This document shows positions 1-11,915 of a DNA stretch of 64,000 nucleotides, piece after piece. The stretch comes from Octopus vulgaris (Eukaryota), in NCBI GenBank assembly GCA_951406725.2, contig OX597815.1, forward strand, positions 15,190,001 to 15,254,000. The letters are read 5' to 3'. Position 1 is the first letter of the stretch; the number at the start of each line of letters is the position of its first letter. Made by a program: the position numbers and the translations under genes. The notes under the pieces were generated by a model. That model did no database searches and was not told where the DNA came from. It was given only the letters and a program-made list of their open reading frames with translations.

Positions 1-38
1 TAGAGAAATAGATAGTAATTTTAGTATCATGGGAAGAT

Positions 39-470
39 GGCGAGCTGCCAGAATCGTTAGCACACCGTGCAAAATGCTTAGCGGCATTTCGTTCGTCTTT
101 ACTGATCTGAGTTCAAATTCCGCCGATGTCCACTTTGCCATTCATCCTTTCGAGAACAGTAAAATAAATACCAGTGGAGCCCTGGAACCGATGTAATCGA
201 CTAGACCCTCCCCCGAAATTGCTCGTCTTGTGCGAAAACTTGTAACCATTATTATTAAAGCGACACGCTGACAGAATTTTTTGGACGCTGAGCAAAATGC
301 TTAGTGGCATTACGTCCGTCTTTATGTGTTGAGAATTGAAATTCCGTCAAGGTCGACTTTGTTATTCATTCTTTCGTATAAGTACCAGTTGAGCACTGGG
401 GTCGATGTAATCGACTTACACCCCCACGCCCAAACTTGCTAGTCTTGTGTCAAAATTCGAAACCAATATT
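39..470 (+). mobile_element. Two adjacent diverged copies of tRNA-derived SINE family A
   Basis: A-box-like tggcagaatcgttag head, B box gagttcaaattcc, central gtcgactttgcctttcatcctttcg...agtaccag domain; the same sequence recurs many times in the window. Confidence 0.85.
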
Positions 471-709
471 AGTATTATGGATGGTGTTGTTGCTGTTGTT
501 GTGTGGCTTTAAGTCAGCCCTGACTTAACACATCTATAATGAAGGGTGCTTGAGCTCTGCTCATCTCGTCTATTCAAAAGCATAGAATCATCCGAACTAC
601 ATTCTCCTATACCTCCCATCCTCCACCTTTAAGACAATAAAGTATAGTTTTAAACAGATTGAATCGCTATTTCTTGTCGAGCCACCGCATAGAGGCGCCA
701 CCACTGATT

Positions 710-922
710 GTGGAGGCACATGGCCTAGTGGTTAGAGCAGCGGACTCGCGGTCGAGGGATCGCGAGTTCGAATCTCAGACCGGGCGATGTGTGTCTTTAT
801 GAGCGAAACACCTAAGCTCCACGCAGCTCCGGCAGAAGGTAATGGTGAACTTCTGCTGACTCTTTCGCCACAACTTTCTCTCACTCTTTCCTCCTGCATC
901 TTGCAGCTCACCTGCGACGGTA
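710..922 (+). mobile_element. tRNA-derived SINE family C, partial
   Basis: Head gtggaggcacatggcctagtggttagagcagcggactcgcggtcg...gttcgaatc is homologous to copies at 29184, 32437, 55063 and 57120. Confidence 0.8.
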
Positions 923-1072
923 CTAAATGGTGGTACTAAATGTTATGATGAGTTACCAGTTACCAAGACACTCCTACAACGCAAAGAAGTTAGCAGCAAC
1001 AATGAGTTTTAACATAAACTGAGCCCCACAAGTGATTAGACCTGTGCATGTACATGACTTCTTGTACAAATC

Positions 1073-1103
1073 CTTGTGAGTGGAAACTGAAAGAAGCCTG
1101 TCG

Positions 1104-1181
<78 letters not shown>

Positions 1182-1370
1182 TCCCCCAACATCGCTTGAC
1201 AACCGATGCTGGTGTGTTTACGTCCCCGTAACTTATTGGTTCGGTAAAAGTGGCCGATAGAATAAGTACTAGGCTTACAAAGTCCCGGGGTCGATTTGCT
1301 CGACTAAAGGCGGTGCTCCAGCATGGCAATAGTCAAATGACTGAAACAAGTAAAAAAGTAAAAAGAGTAA
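1073..1370 (+). mobile_element. SINE family B (CORE-like), 5'-truncated, with internal (TA)n(TG)n
   Basis: Matches full copies at 7335, 52260 and 54150; tail ggcggtgctccagcatggc...actgaaacaagtaaaa. Confidence 0.85.
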
Positions 1371-2479
1371 ATCGAAGTACAACGAAGACATCGACTTCTG
1401 TTGTCTGAAAGGTATAACCGACCATGGAATTTGAACTCAGAACTTTAAGAAATATAACAAAATACCACAAAGCATTTTTTCCGGCATTCTTGCCATTTCT
1501 ACAACGTCATCATAGTTAAGCTCTTCGCTCCCTTTGAAGTATAGGTCACCAACGACTCTTCTCTCCTGTTCTCAGCCAGGTTTTGAATTGTAATCAATGC
1601 TTTTGTAGCTGTTTTTTTTTTCGAAGTTCGTGGTGTTGTCCCTATGCAAACCCATTTTTACCTCTGAGCACAGGTGGTCCATATTAGCCTGGTTTCTATC
1701 CTTTGACCTGTTCAGTATTAGAGTCACTGCTTGGAACTTGCACTCCTCTGGCACAGCTCTCAGTGTCACTGAGCTACATGAGTGACCACACAATGCAAGA
1801 AAAGATGGACTTCATGGTGGACAACATCATCATCACCAAAATGGCCACACATATCAAGACAGTCAATTGGCTCAATACCGGAACTGGAATGTTGATTATC
1901 TTACCGATTCTTGAAGGATGACAAATCACAGTCGATCCCAGCGGGAATCGAACCCAGGACGTTGCATTTTTTTTTTTCAAGACCGTTGCTTTTTTTTTTT
2001 TTTTTTTGCAAGGTGGTTTTCTGATTCTGCAAGCATTGGAAATAAACAACATCAAAAGGAAATCCATATAGGAAATGAATGGAATGTCATTGTTAACAAG
2101 CCTCTCGGTTATATGCAGACGCTCCCTCAAGGAAAGAATACTTTCTTTCTCACAATTTCCAGCATACAGCAAACGGTGGTAAATAAATATATGAATACTT
2201 TGGATAATATACGCCATATCAGTAACTTGCATAAAATATTTCCGACATTGTTCCCAATGATAGATGTGTATGTGTGTGTGAGTGTGTGTGTGTGTGCCTG
2301 TGTATGTGTGTGTATGTGTGTGTGTATGTGCGTGCCTATATCTGTGAAGACTAAAAACTAACATACATGTACAGTTAAATGTACATGTTTTACATACATA
2401 CACGAATGCATAAACATAAACGTATATACATACATTCTTACATACATAAATACATCCATACATAAATGTATACATACGG

Positions 2480-2517
<38 letters not shown>

Positions 2518-3630
2518 GTGTGTGCTGAACAGCATCCATATTGCAAGAAATAAGAGTTAAAACCCATATATATAGGTGAGTGCATGCGTGTGTGTGGGGG
2601 GTTAAAGGATGTTTCTATAATCATAAAAATAGAAAAACTGAGAGCATTAACTGAGAAAAGACTCACTATCCATGGAAAATTCAGTTATCATTAATACTTT
2701 TATTGATAATGACTTTGAACTTTGCTAACTACCGGCGAAACTCTAAAAACGACATTCAATAAAATTACACGCACGCACAAATGGTATATTACTTAGTTGA
2801 ATGTAACAACATTTGAATAAGCCTCACTTTGAGCATATCACAAAATTGCACAGCAATAGTTTAATAGTATGATGGAAAATTCAGACTTATTACATTAGCT
2901 TTGATTCTAAAATATGGAACAATGTTAAAAAACCCAAGAAAAAAAACCGGCATACTCTCAGCAAATAAACATTTAAATTACACTCGCATATATGTGTTCG
3001 TACACACAATGTTGTTTTAGGTGAAGCTGAGATTAGCTGTTCTCCTAATTTCATTAAATATCGATTTTTTTTTTCGATTATGTACAATCACAATTTTCAT
3101 TACGTCGAATGAATTAACCCTAATATAAGACAGGGAATTTTTTAATTCACTCCGGCGCAAATGAAAGGCGAAACGATTCCACCAGGAATCATATAATGGT
3201 CTTTGGCAGTCTCCTCAAGGTGGTAAGGTTGCAATGGTCAGATGTAGCTATGACCTTTAACGGCTTTTTTACATTAGTTAGATCGCTGCGCTCGATGGTG
3301 GCTACAAAAGTTGACGGCTTCCTCACTGTGGTGAGCTCACTATAGTCGATAATACCCTTGAGCCTCTGAAGGATAATGCATCTGGAAAAAGCATAGGCCA
3401 GCCCAGAATGCTAGGACGCAATAGTTCGGAGATTATAGTGGGACAAGACAATGCAACAAAATTATGTGAGTTGTATGCATGGAACAGGTCAGATATGCCA
3501 CACGCATGTAGCTAGTTTAGATAAGCACAGTTTGTTATAATTACCAGGCAAACTTGGAAAAGTTGCTTGCAGAATATTGCAGAATGAAATGTTTAACGGA
3601 ATAGTGGGGATTATTATTAATATTATTAAA

Positions 3631-3800
3631 GGGGCGAGCTGGCAGAATCGTTAGTGCACCGGGCAAGATGCTTAGAGGAATTTCGTCCGTTTTTACGTCC
3701 TGAGTTCAAATGCCACCTACGTCGACTTTACCTTTCATCCTTTCGGGATCGATAAAATAAGTACCAGTTGAGCACTGGGGTCGATGTAGTCGATTTAAGC
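3631..3800 (+). mobile_element. SINE family A
   Basis: A box, B box and central domain as in the other copies. Confidence 0.85.
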
Positions 3801-3840
3801 CCTTCTTCTCATCATCATCTTTATCATCATCACCATCATC

Positions 3841-4075
3841 AATATTATTAATATTATTATTATCCATATACACACAACAGATTAAACTGTTAGAAAAGAA
3901 AAATTCCTAACATCGGGCTAAGTAACTTTAGATGCCAAGAACCTTCCTAAGTATCCTAGCTATCCCTAATAACACTGTTTTCTGGATCAGCGAGGAGACA
4001 GTTGACGAAGTTTCCAAGATCCTGAAAGGAACTAAATATGTATTCACTAGAGTTCTGACATCAACTGTAGGCGAT
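3841..4075 (-). mobile_element. 3' end of an R4/Dong-clade non-LTR retrotransposon
   Basis: Minus strand reads ...LIQKTVLLGIARILRKVLGI* (stop at 3928-3930), typical of the C-terminus of RLE-type R4 elements; followed by a short UTR and TAA-rich tail. Confidence 0.7.
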
Positions 4076-4239
4076 TGGTTAAGTGGAAGAGTGGTACTAA
4101 TTTACAAAGATGAAAACAAAAATGCCATTATCTGAAAAGAAAAAAAGCTTCTTTCTTTTTTTTTTATCAATCTACTATAAATAGTTAGCAGAACTCACGT
4201 AATATGCAACGTAAAAAATTTTATTTTTTGCCTTTCTTA

Positions 4240-5100
4240 ACAACAAAAAAATACCAATCATTTGGCCAGCATATTTGCCGACAGACATGCTGGCTTATTT
4301 CCGTTCAGTATTAAGTTCTTTTACACTGCAAGTCAGGTTTGACCTGTTGTACTCGTCAGGTTCGCCTTCATTCGTCCGAGGCTGCTGAGGGAGCGTTCTT
4401 CAGAATACAATATTGTAGAAGCGGTTGCCAAAATACCAGCAATTTTGTTGGAGATTGGAATTATGCCATGTAGATCGTTGTTTAAACAATTTCAACAAGT
4501 TCTATTAGCTGTAAAGCTGATAGATACGTAAAATACCTTTTCGGTAGGCAGTCTACATGGACATCACATATCAATTTGTATATATTTCTGTGTATACAAA
4601 CTGCCCTTTTGCTCTTTTGAAATCTAGAATAATACTAAAATGCAACACAAGAGGTTGCTAGTGCTCATCTGAGTCATCTAATGCATCAAGATTTAAGACA
4701 ATATAACCGAGTGACAAAGTATGTCTTAAATCATAGTCTATGCCCATCTTATCGAGTTTACAATTATAGATATCTATATCTATACAACTGTAGTTTTTGA
4801 AAGTTTGATCAAGCAACATTTCAGTTATTGATTTTAAAAACAGGGTTTACAATTGACACAAAGCTTTTTTTTTTTACTTCACGAAAAGTTTTCCTCCTTA
4901 AATGACAATCGCGAGCTTTGCATTATATCCGCTTTATCTTAACGTACCCTGGTCTTACGTCGGCTGCAGCTCCTCAGCCTTCAGTCAATTTCTTTATTAA
5001 ACATGAGGTGGGTTGGCCTGTGTGTATTGCAATATATTGTTTAACGGTTTTGTTTGACATATTCACCATTCATAACATTCATACATCCCCGTAAATATTT
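4240..5100 (-). pseudogene. Degraded hAT-superfamily transposase relic
   Basis: Minus strand about 4336-4440 reads ILATASTILYSEERSLSSLGRMKANLTSTTGQT, resembling the hAT dimerisation motif ERSFSxLxRxKxxLRSTMxQxRL; many stops; boundaries approximate. Confidence 0.55.
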
Positions 5101-5147
5101 ACTAATCTTTTTGTATGATGTTTTGTATATTTTTAGGCATCTGCGGT

Positions 5148-5148
5148 C

Positions 5149-5206
<58 letters not shown>

Positions 5207-5238
5207 GTAATAGTAATAGTAATAACAATAACAATAAC

Positions 5239-5272
<34 letters not shown>

Positions 5273-5275
5273 GTA

Positions 5276-5306
<31 letters not shown>

Positions 5307-5332
5307 TGATAATAATAATAATAGTAATAGTA

Positions 5333-5387
<55 letters not shown>

Positions 5388-5411
5388 TAATAATAATAAT
5401 AATAATAATAA
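5148..5411. repeat. (TAA)n microsatellite
   Basis: Seen directly. Confidence 0.98.
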
Positions 5412-5667
5412 ATGCACGCGGATAATGAGCTCCACACACATCGTTAGGAGCTTTCTTGACTTCCTGTCCATCTTCTTTAGCTCCCCCTCTGTCCACTTCA
5501 GGGTTCCAGCGCCATACCGAACTACTGCAACTGCGCGCGAGTTTATTGCCGAAATTATGTTTCTGGCATTCGGCTTTGAAGCCAATATTTTTCTCACTTG
5601 CCGCAGGTGTTCTTTCTTTGTCTTTTCTTTCATATCGTTGTGTTTAATTCCATCTGCCTCAAATAAA
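5412..5667 (-). mobile_element. R4/Dong-clade retrotransposon fragment (RT thumb region)
   Basis: EADGIKHNDMKEKTKKEHLRQVRKILASKPNARNIISAINSRAVAVVRYGAGTLKWTEGELKKMDRKSRKLLT. Confidence 0.8.
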
Positions 5668-6050
5668 CATATGCGTAGGAATACTTGAGATAGATGGAGA
5701 GATAAGACAAAAAAAGAGTACCTGTGGTGAGTTGAAAGCTAGAAACATAATTTCGGCAATAAACTCGCGCGCTGGAATCCTGAAGTGGAGAGAGAAGGAA
5801 CTAAATGAGATGAACAGGAAGACAAGAAAGTTCCTAACGACGCTTGGAGCCCATCATCCACGTGTAAATACTGATCGCCTATACATGAAGAGAGCAAATG
5901 GAAGAAGGGGACTGATAAGTGTGGAAAACTGCGCACGTATTGAACTCGAGAGCTTAATGAGATACCTATTCCAAAGTAAGGAAACCTTGTTAGTGTCAGT
6001 TTGGAACAAAGGAGTACTGAAAGCAGAGAAAAAGGAAGAACAAAGGAAGA

Positions 6051-6051
<1 letters not shown>
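5668..6051 (+). mobile_element. R4/Dong-clade retrotransposon fragment, inverted relative to its neighbour
   Basis: KARNIISAINSR...RKTRKFLTTLGAHHPRVNTDRLYMKRANGRRGLISVE fits the HHP..RLY..R..GGRGL motif; followed by (TTA)n at 6052-6126. Confidence 0.8.
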
Positions 6052-6126
<75 letters not shown>

Positions 6127-6191
6127 GAGTGAGAGAGCAGTACATGTCATCAAAGTGACACTGAGGTAAAATATACGAAGCCCAGTATACC

Positions 6192-6428
6192 TATTTCTTT
6201 ACTACCCACAAGGGACTAAACACAGAGAGGCCAAACAAGGACAGACAAACGGATTAAGCCGATTATATCAACCCCAGTGCGTAACTGGTACTTAATTTAT
6301 CGACCCCGAAAGGATGAAAGGCAAAGTCGACCTCGGCGGAATTTGAACTCAGAACGTAGCGGCAGACGAAATACGGCTACGCATTTCGCCCGGCGTGCTA
6401 ACGTTTCTGCCAGCTCGCCGCCTTGAAA
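6192..6428 (-). mobile_element. Full-length SINE family A with target-site duplication
   Basis: cccagtatacc is repeated at 6181-6191 and 6429-6439. Confidence 0.9.
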
Positions 6429-6926
6429 CCCAGTATACCCATCATGACTACCCGTATGATAAGGGTACACCAGGCACATGCATCACAACCATATGTGCAC
6501 GACATCGTGATCTCATATCAAGATAAACAGCTCAAGACCTTGCAGGTGGGGCCCCGTTAGAATTTTCTACTGGTCGAGTAGCCCATCTCGCTCAAAAGGT
6601 CCCTGAATAAGGGTGATTTAAGGATGTTGAACGAAACACCCATGTTTCCAAAGGTGAATTATCCAAACCTCTAAGAATTCCTTTTAACACATGGCTATGA
6701 TGCTCCCCCACTACTTCTGCTCGTGGTCAGAGATGCACATATCGTCAGCCACTAAGGGACATGCTCAACTGGTTACGGTCAAACAACTGACAAGCAAATC
6801 CATGGTATTGAGCAGAATATTTGCTGTAGCCTATCTTTTATACCAAGATGAAACAATGTACATTATAACACTTCCAGTCAGTTATAATCAGAAGAGCTAC
6901 TGCTTGGTGTTATTATTACTACCAAG

Positions 6927-7120
6927 GAGGCGAGCTGGCAGAATTATTAGCGCGCCAGGCAAAATGCCTAGCAACATTTCGTCCGTGAATACGTTCTGAG
7001 TTCAAATTCTGCCGAGGGACGTCAATAAAATAAGTGTCAGTTGAGGACTGGGTTTCATGTAATCGACTACTATCCCTTGCCCCAAATTTCAGGTCCTGTG
7101 TCTATAGAAGAAAGGATATT
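6927..7120 (+). mobile_element. SINE family A, internally deleted
   Basis: Head and B box intact, central domain shortened. Confidence 0.8.
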
Positions 7121-7334
7121 AGAATGTTCTTGTGCATGTGTGTGTGTGCGTGTGTAACGGACGGATGCGGTTCTTACGTCGGAGTTACCAATTGCAACTT
7201 ACGAATGAGAAGTTACTTGATATAGAAATAGCGATCCTTGTTTCGCGTCGGGGTCGTAAATTGTAGATGGTCAATAGTAGGATGAGGGCAACGTAATAAC
7301 AACATCGAAGAGAAAAGAATATATTCACAGACGT

Positions 7335-7504
7335 AGGAGTGGCTGTGTGGTAAGTAGCTTGCTTACCAACCACATGGTTCTGGGTTCAGTCCCACTGCGT
7401 GGCACCTTGGGCAAGTGTCAGCTACTATAGTCTGGGGCCGACCAAAGCCTTGTGAGTGGATTTGGTAGACGGAAACTGAAAGAAGCCCTTCGTATATATT
7501 TTTC

Positions 7505-7554
<50 letters not shown>

Positions 7555-7748
7555 TTGTGTGTCTGTGTTTGTCCCCCCAACATCGCTTGACAACCGATGC
7601 TGGTGTGTTTACGTCCGTTCGACAAAAAGACCAATAGAATAAGTACTAGGCTTAAAGAGTAAGTCCCGGGGTCGATTTGTTCGACTAAAGGCGGTGCTCC
7701 AGCATGGCCACAGTCCCATGACTGAAACAAGTAAAAGAGTAAAAGAGT
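7335..7748 (+). mobile_element. Near full-length SINE family B
   Basis: tRNA-like head (tggctgtgtggtaag; ggttcagtccc), CORE-like ccttgggcaagtg, internal (TA)n(TG)n, (gtaaaaga)n tail. Confidence 0.9.
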
Positions 7749-7749
7749 A

Positions 7750-8169
7750 CAGATTTTATTAGAAGCTGTGTGTGGAATCCTTGTAAACGGTCTGCTGACA
7801 GAGAAGAAGAAGGGGTAAAAAGTGCGTTGTTATTTTCCATTCGGTCGATGCTCTCGGTTAGCCGACTGAAAACCGAAGAGAGAGACACAGTGGGAGAGAG
7901 ATTCTATGTTCTTGGTAAGCCGGCCGAAAACGAAAGTGGGAGAAGCGAACTGTTGAATCTATTATATAAAGTATGGCCAGGAAGTAGGTCAAACTTAAAA
8001 CAATAGATTGACCTTTTCACGCCCACCGAAGGTCTCGGAGGTCAGGTGTTTCTCATTAATCTCCCAGTATAGAGATAAGACACAAACGATCAGACATTCG
8101 TCTGACAAGCAACAGGTGTGTGGATTCGGTTTCGAATCTCAAGTAAATAGAAGAAGACGATCTAATACA
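7750..8169 (-). mobile_element. Possible solo-LTR-like segment
   Basis: Minus strand begins TGTATTAG, has TATATAA near the middle and AATAAA near the end; no terminal CA or TSD found. Confidence 0.3.
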
Positions 8170-8392
8170 TATATATATATATATATATATATAACAAAGT
8201 ATTAAGGAATGACCCTAACAGGTCTTTCAACTCACTTGAAAAGAGCAGCCAAACTCAAACCGCAAAAATAGTAGTAATTCTGAAAGCTAAAGGAGAAATA
8301 AAAACATTTATCCCTTTCAACTTTGTACCCTGCAAGGTTTCAACTATTTTTCTTGAATTTTTCTTGAATTTTTTTGCTACCCTATATTGATA

Positions 8393-8452
<60 letters not shown>

Positions 8453-8455
8453 CAT

Positions 8456-8496
<41 letters not shown>

Positions 8497-8660
8497 TATA
8501 TATATATGTGTATATATATATATACATATATATATGTATATATTACATTTCTAAATATCTCAGTGTAATGAGATAATGTAATCAGTGGATTTATTTCACT
8601 AAAATTCTTATATTTTTACAGGGGCTAGATAGGCATCTCCAACTAGCAGGCCATGCTACT

Positions 8661-8701
8661 CCAGACTGATGACGAGAAAAGACTCAGAAACTAGTCTCTG
8701 G
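8661..8701 (+). ncRNA. Type I hammerhead ribozyme motif (minimal, palindromic stem III)
   Basis: ccaga-CTGATGA-c(gag aaaaga ctc)a-GAAA-ctag-TC-tctgg; GUC cleavage triplet; stem I ccaga/tctgg. Confidence 0.8.
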
Positions 8702-8862
8702 TTGCAGTCTTAGTTGGGTGGAGGTGCTTATCTCTTCCCTTGTAAACATAAGGACACAGGAAATGTGTCAAGGCCGACAGGAAGCGTCGCTGCTTCCTAG
8801 GGCTAAATAGCAGTAGTGTGATTCCCCTCATGAGACTGTCACATTAAACTGACAGTATACAA

Positions 8863-9242
<380 letters not shown>

Positions 9243-9262
9243 TGATTACTGTTCCATTACTC

Positions 9263-9318
9263 GTAGCCTGATGATTGTCCTGAGACAAAACGCGCGTTAT
9301 AAAAACCTGCCTAGCTAC
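9263..9318 (+). ncRNA. Degenerate type I hammerhead-like motif
   Basis: gtagc-CTGATGA-tt(gtc ctga gac)-AAAA-cgc...gcc-TA-gctac; GAAA is mutated. Confidence 0.4.
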
Positions 9319-9408
9319 CTGACTGCACAGCAAGAAAACATTAGAAGTTCTTATCTTTATTGTGTAAATTAAATGATACACATCTCTCACTGGGTGGATA
9401 TCAAATAC

Positions 9409-9439
<31 letters not shown>

Positions 9440-9458
9440 CATATACATACATAAATAC

Positions 9459-9517
<59 letters not shown>

Positions 9518-9522
9518 CATAT

Positions 9523-9555
<33 letters not shown>

Positions 9556-9572
9556 TATGTATATATACATAC

Positions 9573-9633
<61 letters not shown>

Positions 9634-9654
9634 CATATATATATATATACATAT

Positions 9655-9685
<31 letters not shown>

Positions 9686-9781
9686 ATATACATATGTAGG
9701 TCCCGGGTTGATTCGGGGTTAACCACAGTAAGTAAGGTACTCAATACATAGCAGAGTAAAATTAATTTATTATATAGAAGG

Positions 9782-9832
9782 AGCTTCTACAGGACTAGTA
9801 CTGTTTCATTCAAGAGAAATCTTCAGGAAGCT
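9782..9832 (-). ncRNA. Type I hammerhead ribozyme motif
   Basis: Reverse complement of 10875-10925. Confidence 0.75.
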
Positions 9833-10192
9833 ATTTAACAAGAATTGTATTAGCATTTATACATTTGTGTATATGTATATATATATATATATATATGTAC
9901 ATATGTGTATGTGGGTGTATGTATATATAGGTGTAAATATGTGTATATAGCGAACTAGGTGTGTTGTGTGTGCATGAGTGTATGTGCGTATGAATATATA
10001 TTTTTCTGTGTATATATGTATGTGTGGTCGTGGGTATATATATACATGTGTGTATGCGTGCATGCATGGGAGTGAGTGTATGCATATATACGTGTGTGTA
10101 TGTGTAGACAGGTATATGCATGTGCATGTGTATAAATTTGTATATGTGGGCGGGTGTATGTATGTGTGTATGTAGATATGTATGTATATGTG

Positions 10193-10225
<33 letters not shown>

Positions 10226-10311
10226 ATTAAGGTATGTAGAAAAATACAACATGGACAAGAACGTATAACTCTTAGAAGACGACACAATAAACACGGACAG
10301 GACATTCGAAA

Positions 10312-10377
10312 CCCCCAGTCCCCAGTCAAGAACCGGATCATCGTAGTAATTTCGGCCGATCAATCTTGAGACTACTA
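10312..10377 (-). ncRNA. Non-circularly permuted hammerhead-like motif (core mutated to CUGGGGA)
   Basis: tagtaGTC-tcaaga-ttgatcggcc-GAAA-ttacta...tcttga-CTGGGGA; stem III 7 bp, stem I 6 bp. Confidence 0.55.
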
Positions 10378-10874
10378 GATCACGGCCAGCCCTCCAAGAA
10401 AAACCAAGCAACGAGCATTAGAAAAACTAAGCTGGAAGCGTAGATTTCCTGGAAGAAGGATCGAATGCATACGAACACCAGGACAGCAAAAGGGACAGAT
10501 ATAAAAAAAAACAAAAAACAATAATGGAATACAGAATATATATATATATATGTGTGTATATATATGTGTGTAGATACGTATACATATGTGTATAGGTATA
10601 AGTGAGAATCTCCTTATTTACATATAACTCTATCCCCCCTTTTTTTATATATATATTTTTTATATATATATTTTTTATATATATTTTTTATTTTTTTATT
10701 TTTTTATTTTTTTATTTTTTTATTTATCTATTCTTTCATCTAACTTACCACTGACTCCTTGACCACTCCCCCAAGTATGATATTTTGCGCTATGCCTACC
10801 CCCAAAAAAGTCCCCCACCACCACTCCTTTAAACCTGCCTAAATGTATAAATGCTAATACAATTCTTGTTAAAT

Positions 10875-10925
10875 AGCTTCCTGAAGATTTCTCTTGAATG
10901 AAACAGTACTAGTCCTGTAGAAGCT
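10875..10925 (+). ncRNA. Type I hammerhead ribozyme motif
   Basis: agcttc-CTGAAGA-t(ttc tctt gaa)t-GAAA-cag tactagtc ctg-TA-gaagct; stem I 6 bp, stem III 4 bp, GUA triplet. Confidence 0.75.
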
Positions 10926-10973
10926 CCTTCTATATAATAAATTATATAATATACATATATACATATATGTATA

Positions 10974-11035
<62 letters not shown>

Positions 11036-11137
11036 TATGTGTATATATGTATATTATATATATATGTATATATATATGTGTATATATATATATATATTCA
11101 TATGTGTATATATGTATATTATATATATATGTATATA

Positions 11138-11193
<56 letters not shown>

Positions 11194-11858
11194 TATATGT
11201 ATGTATATAAATGATTATTAAAAGAAATAAAAACACCGGAAAGTTGAAGTGTATGTCTTAACCAAGAACAGTTCTAATCACCTCTGCTATGTAACATTTG
11301 CAAAGTTGGCTATAGACGTAAGCTGGTGGAATTTCTTCTGTGATTAGAAGAGTTCCGCCAACCTTTATCTCTGCATCGAAAAGAGTTACGCAAACGTTAT
11401 GAATGTGAAACGGAGCCAAGTTATCCCCTTTCGAAGAATTCATGAAAGTCTAAAGGCAAAAAGATAGATATATCATGGAAGAGAGATAGCAATGGGAGTT
11501 GTTTGTGGGTGATGATGGTGAGCTTGAGAGACTGATAGAATAGTCTAGAAAGAGTGGTTAGAGGTAGAATGAATGATAAAGAGAGGCAGAAAGGAAATGA
11601 GAGAGCGAAGAGGGAAGTAGAAGGAGAGAAAGCGAAGAGGAAAGTAGGAGAGAAAGAGAAGAGGAGAAAGACAACAACAACAAAAAAAAAACCTAGCAAA
11701 TGAGAGAGCACGTGAAGGATAAGAGAAACATGATAGGCATACGTACCCCACATATATGCACACATGTACACGCACATGCTGGTGTGTGCCTGTCTGTGTA
11801 TGTATTGTATTATATATATGTATGTATATATATTTATATATGTACACACACACGCACG

Positions 11859-11899
<41 letters not shown>

Positions 11900-11915
<16 letters not shown>

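Noticed and set aside
1703-1921. 72-aa non-repetitive ORF
   Set aside because: No recognisable motif and no convincing splice sites; unresolved without a homology search.
3345-3465. Possible plus-strand exon ending at GTGAGT
   Set aside because: Weak acceptor and an unrecognisable peptide.
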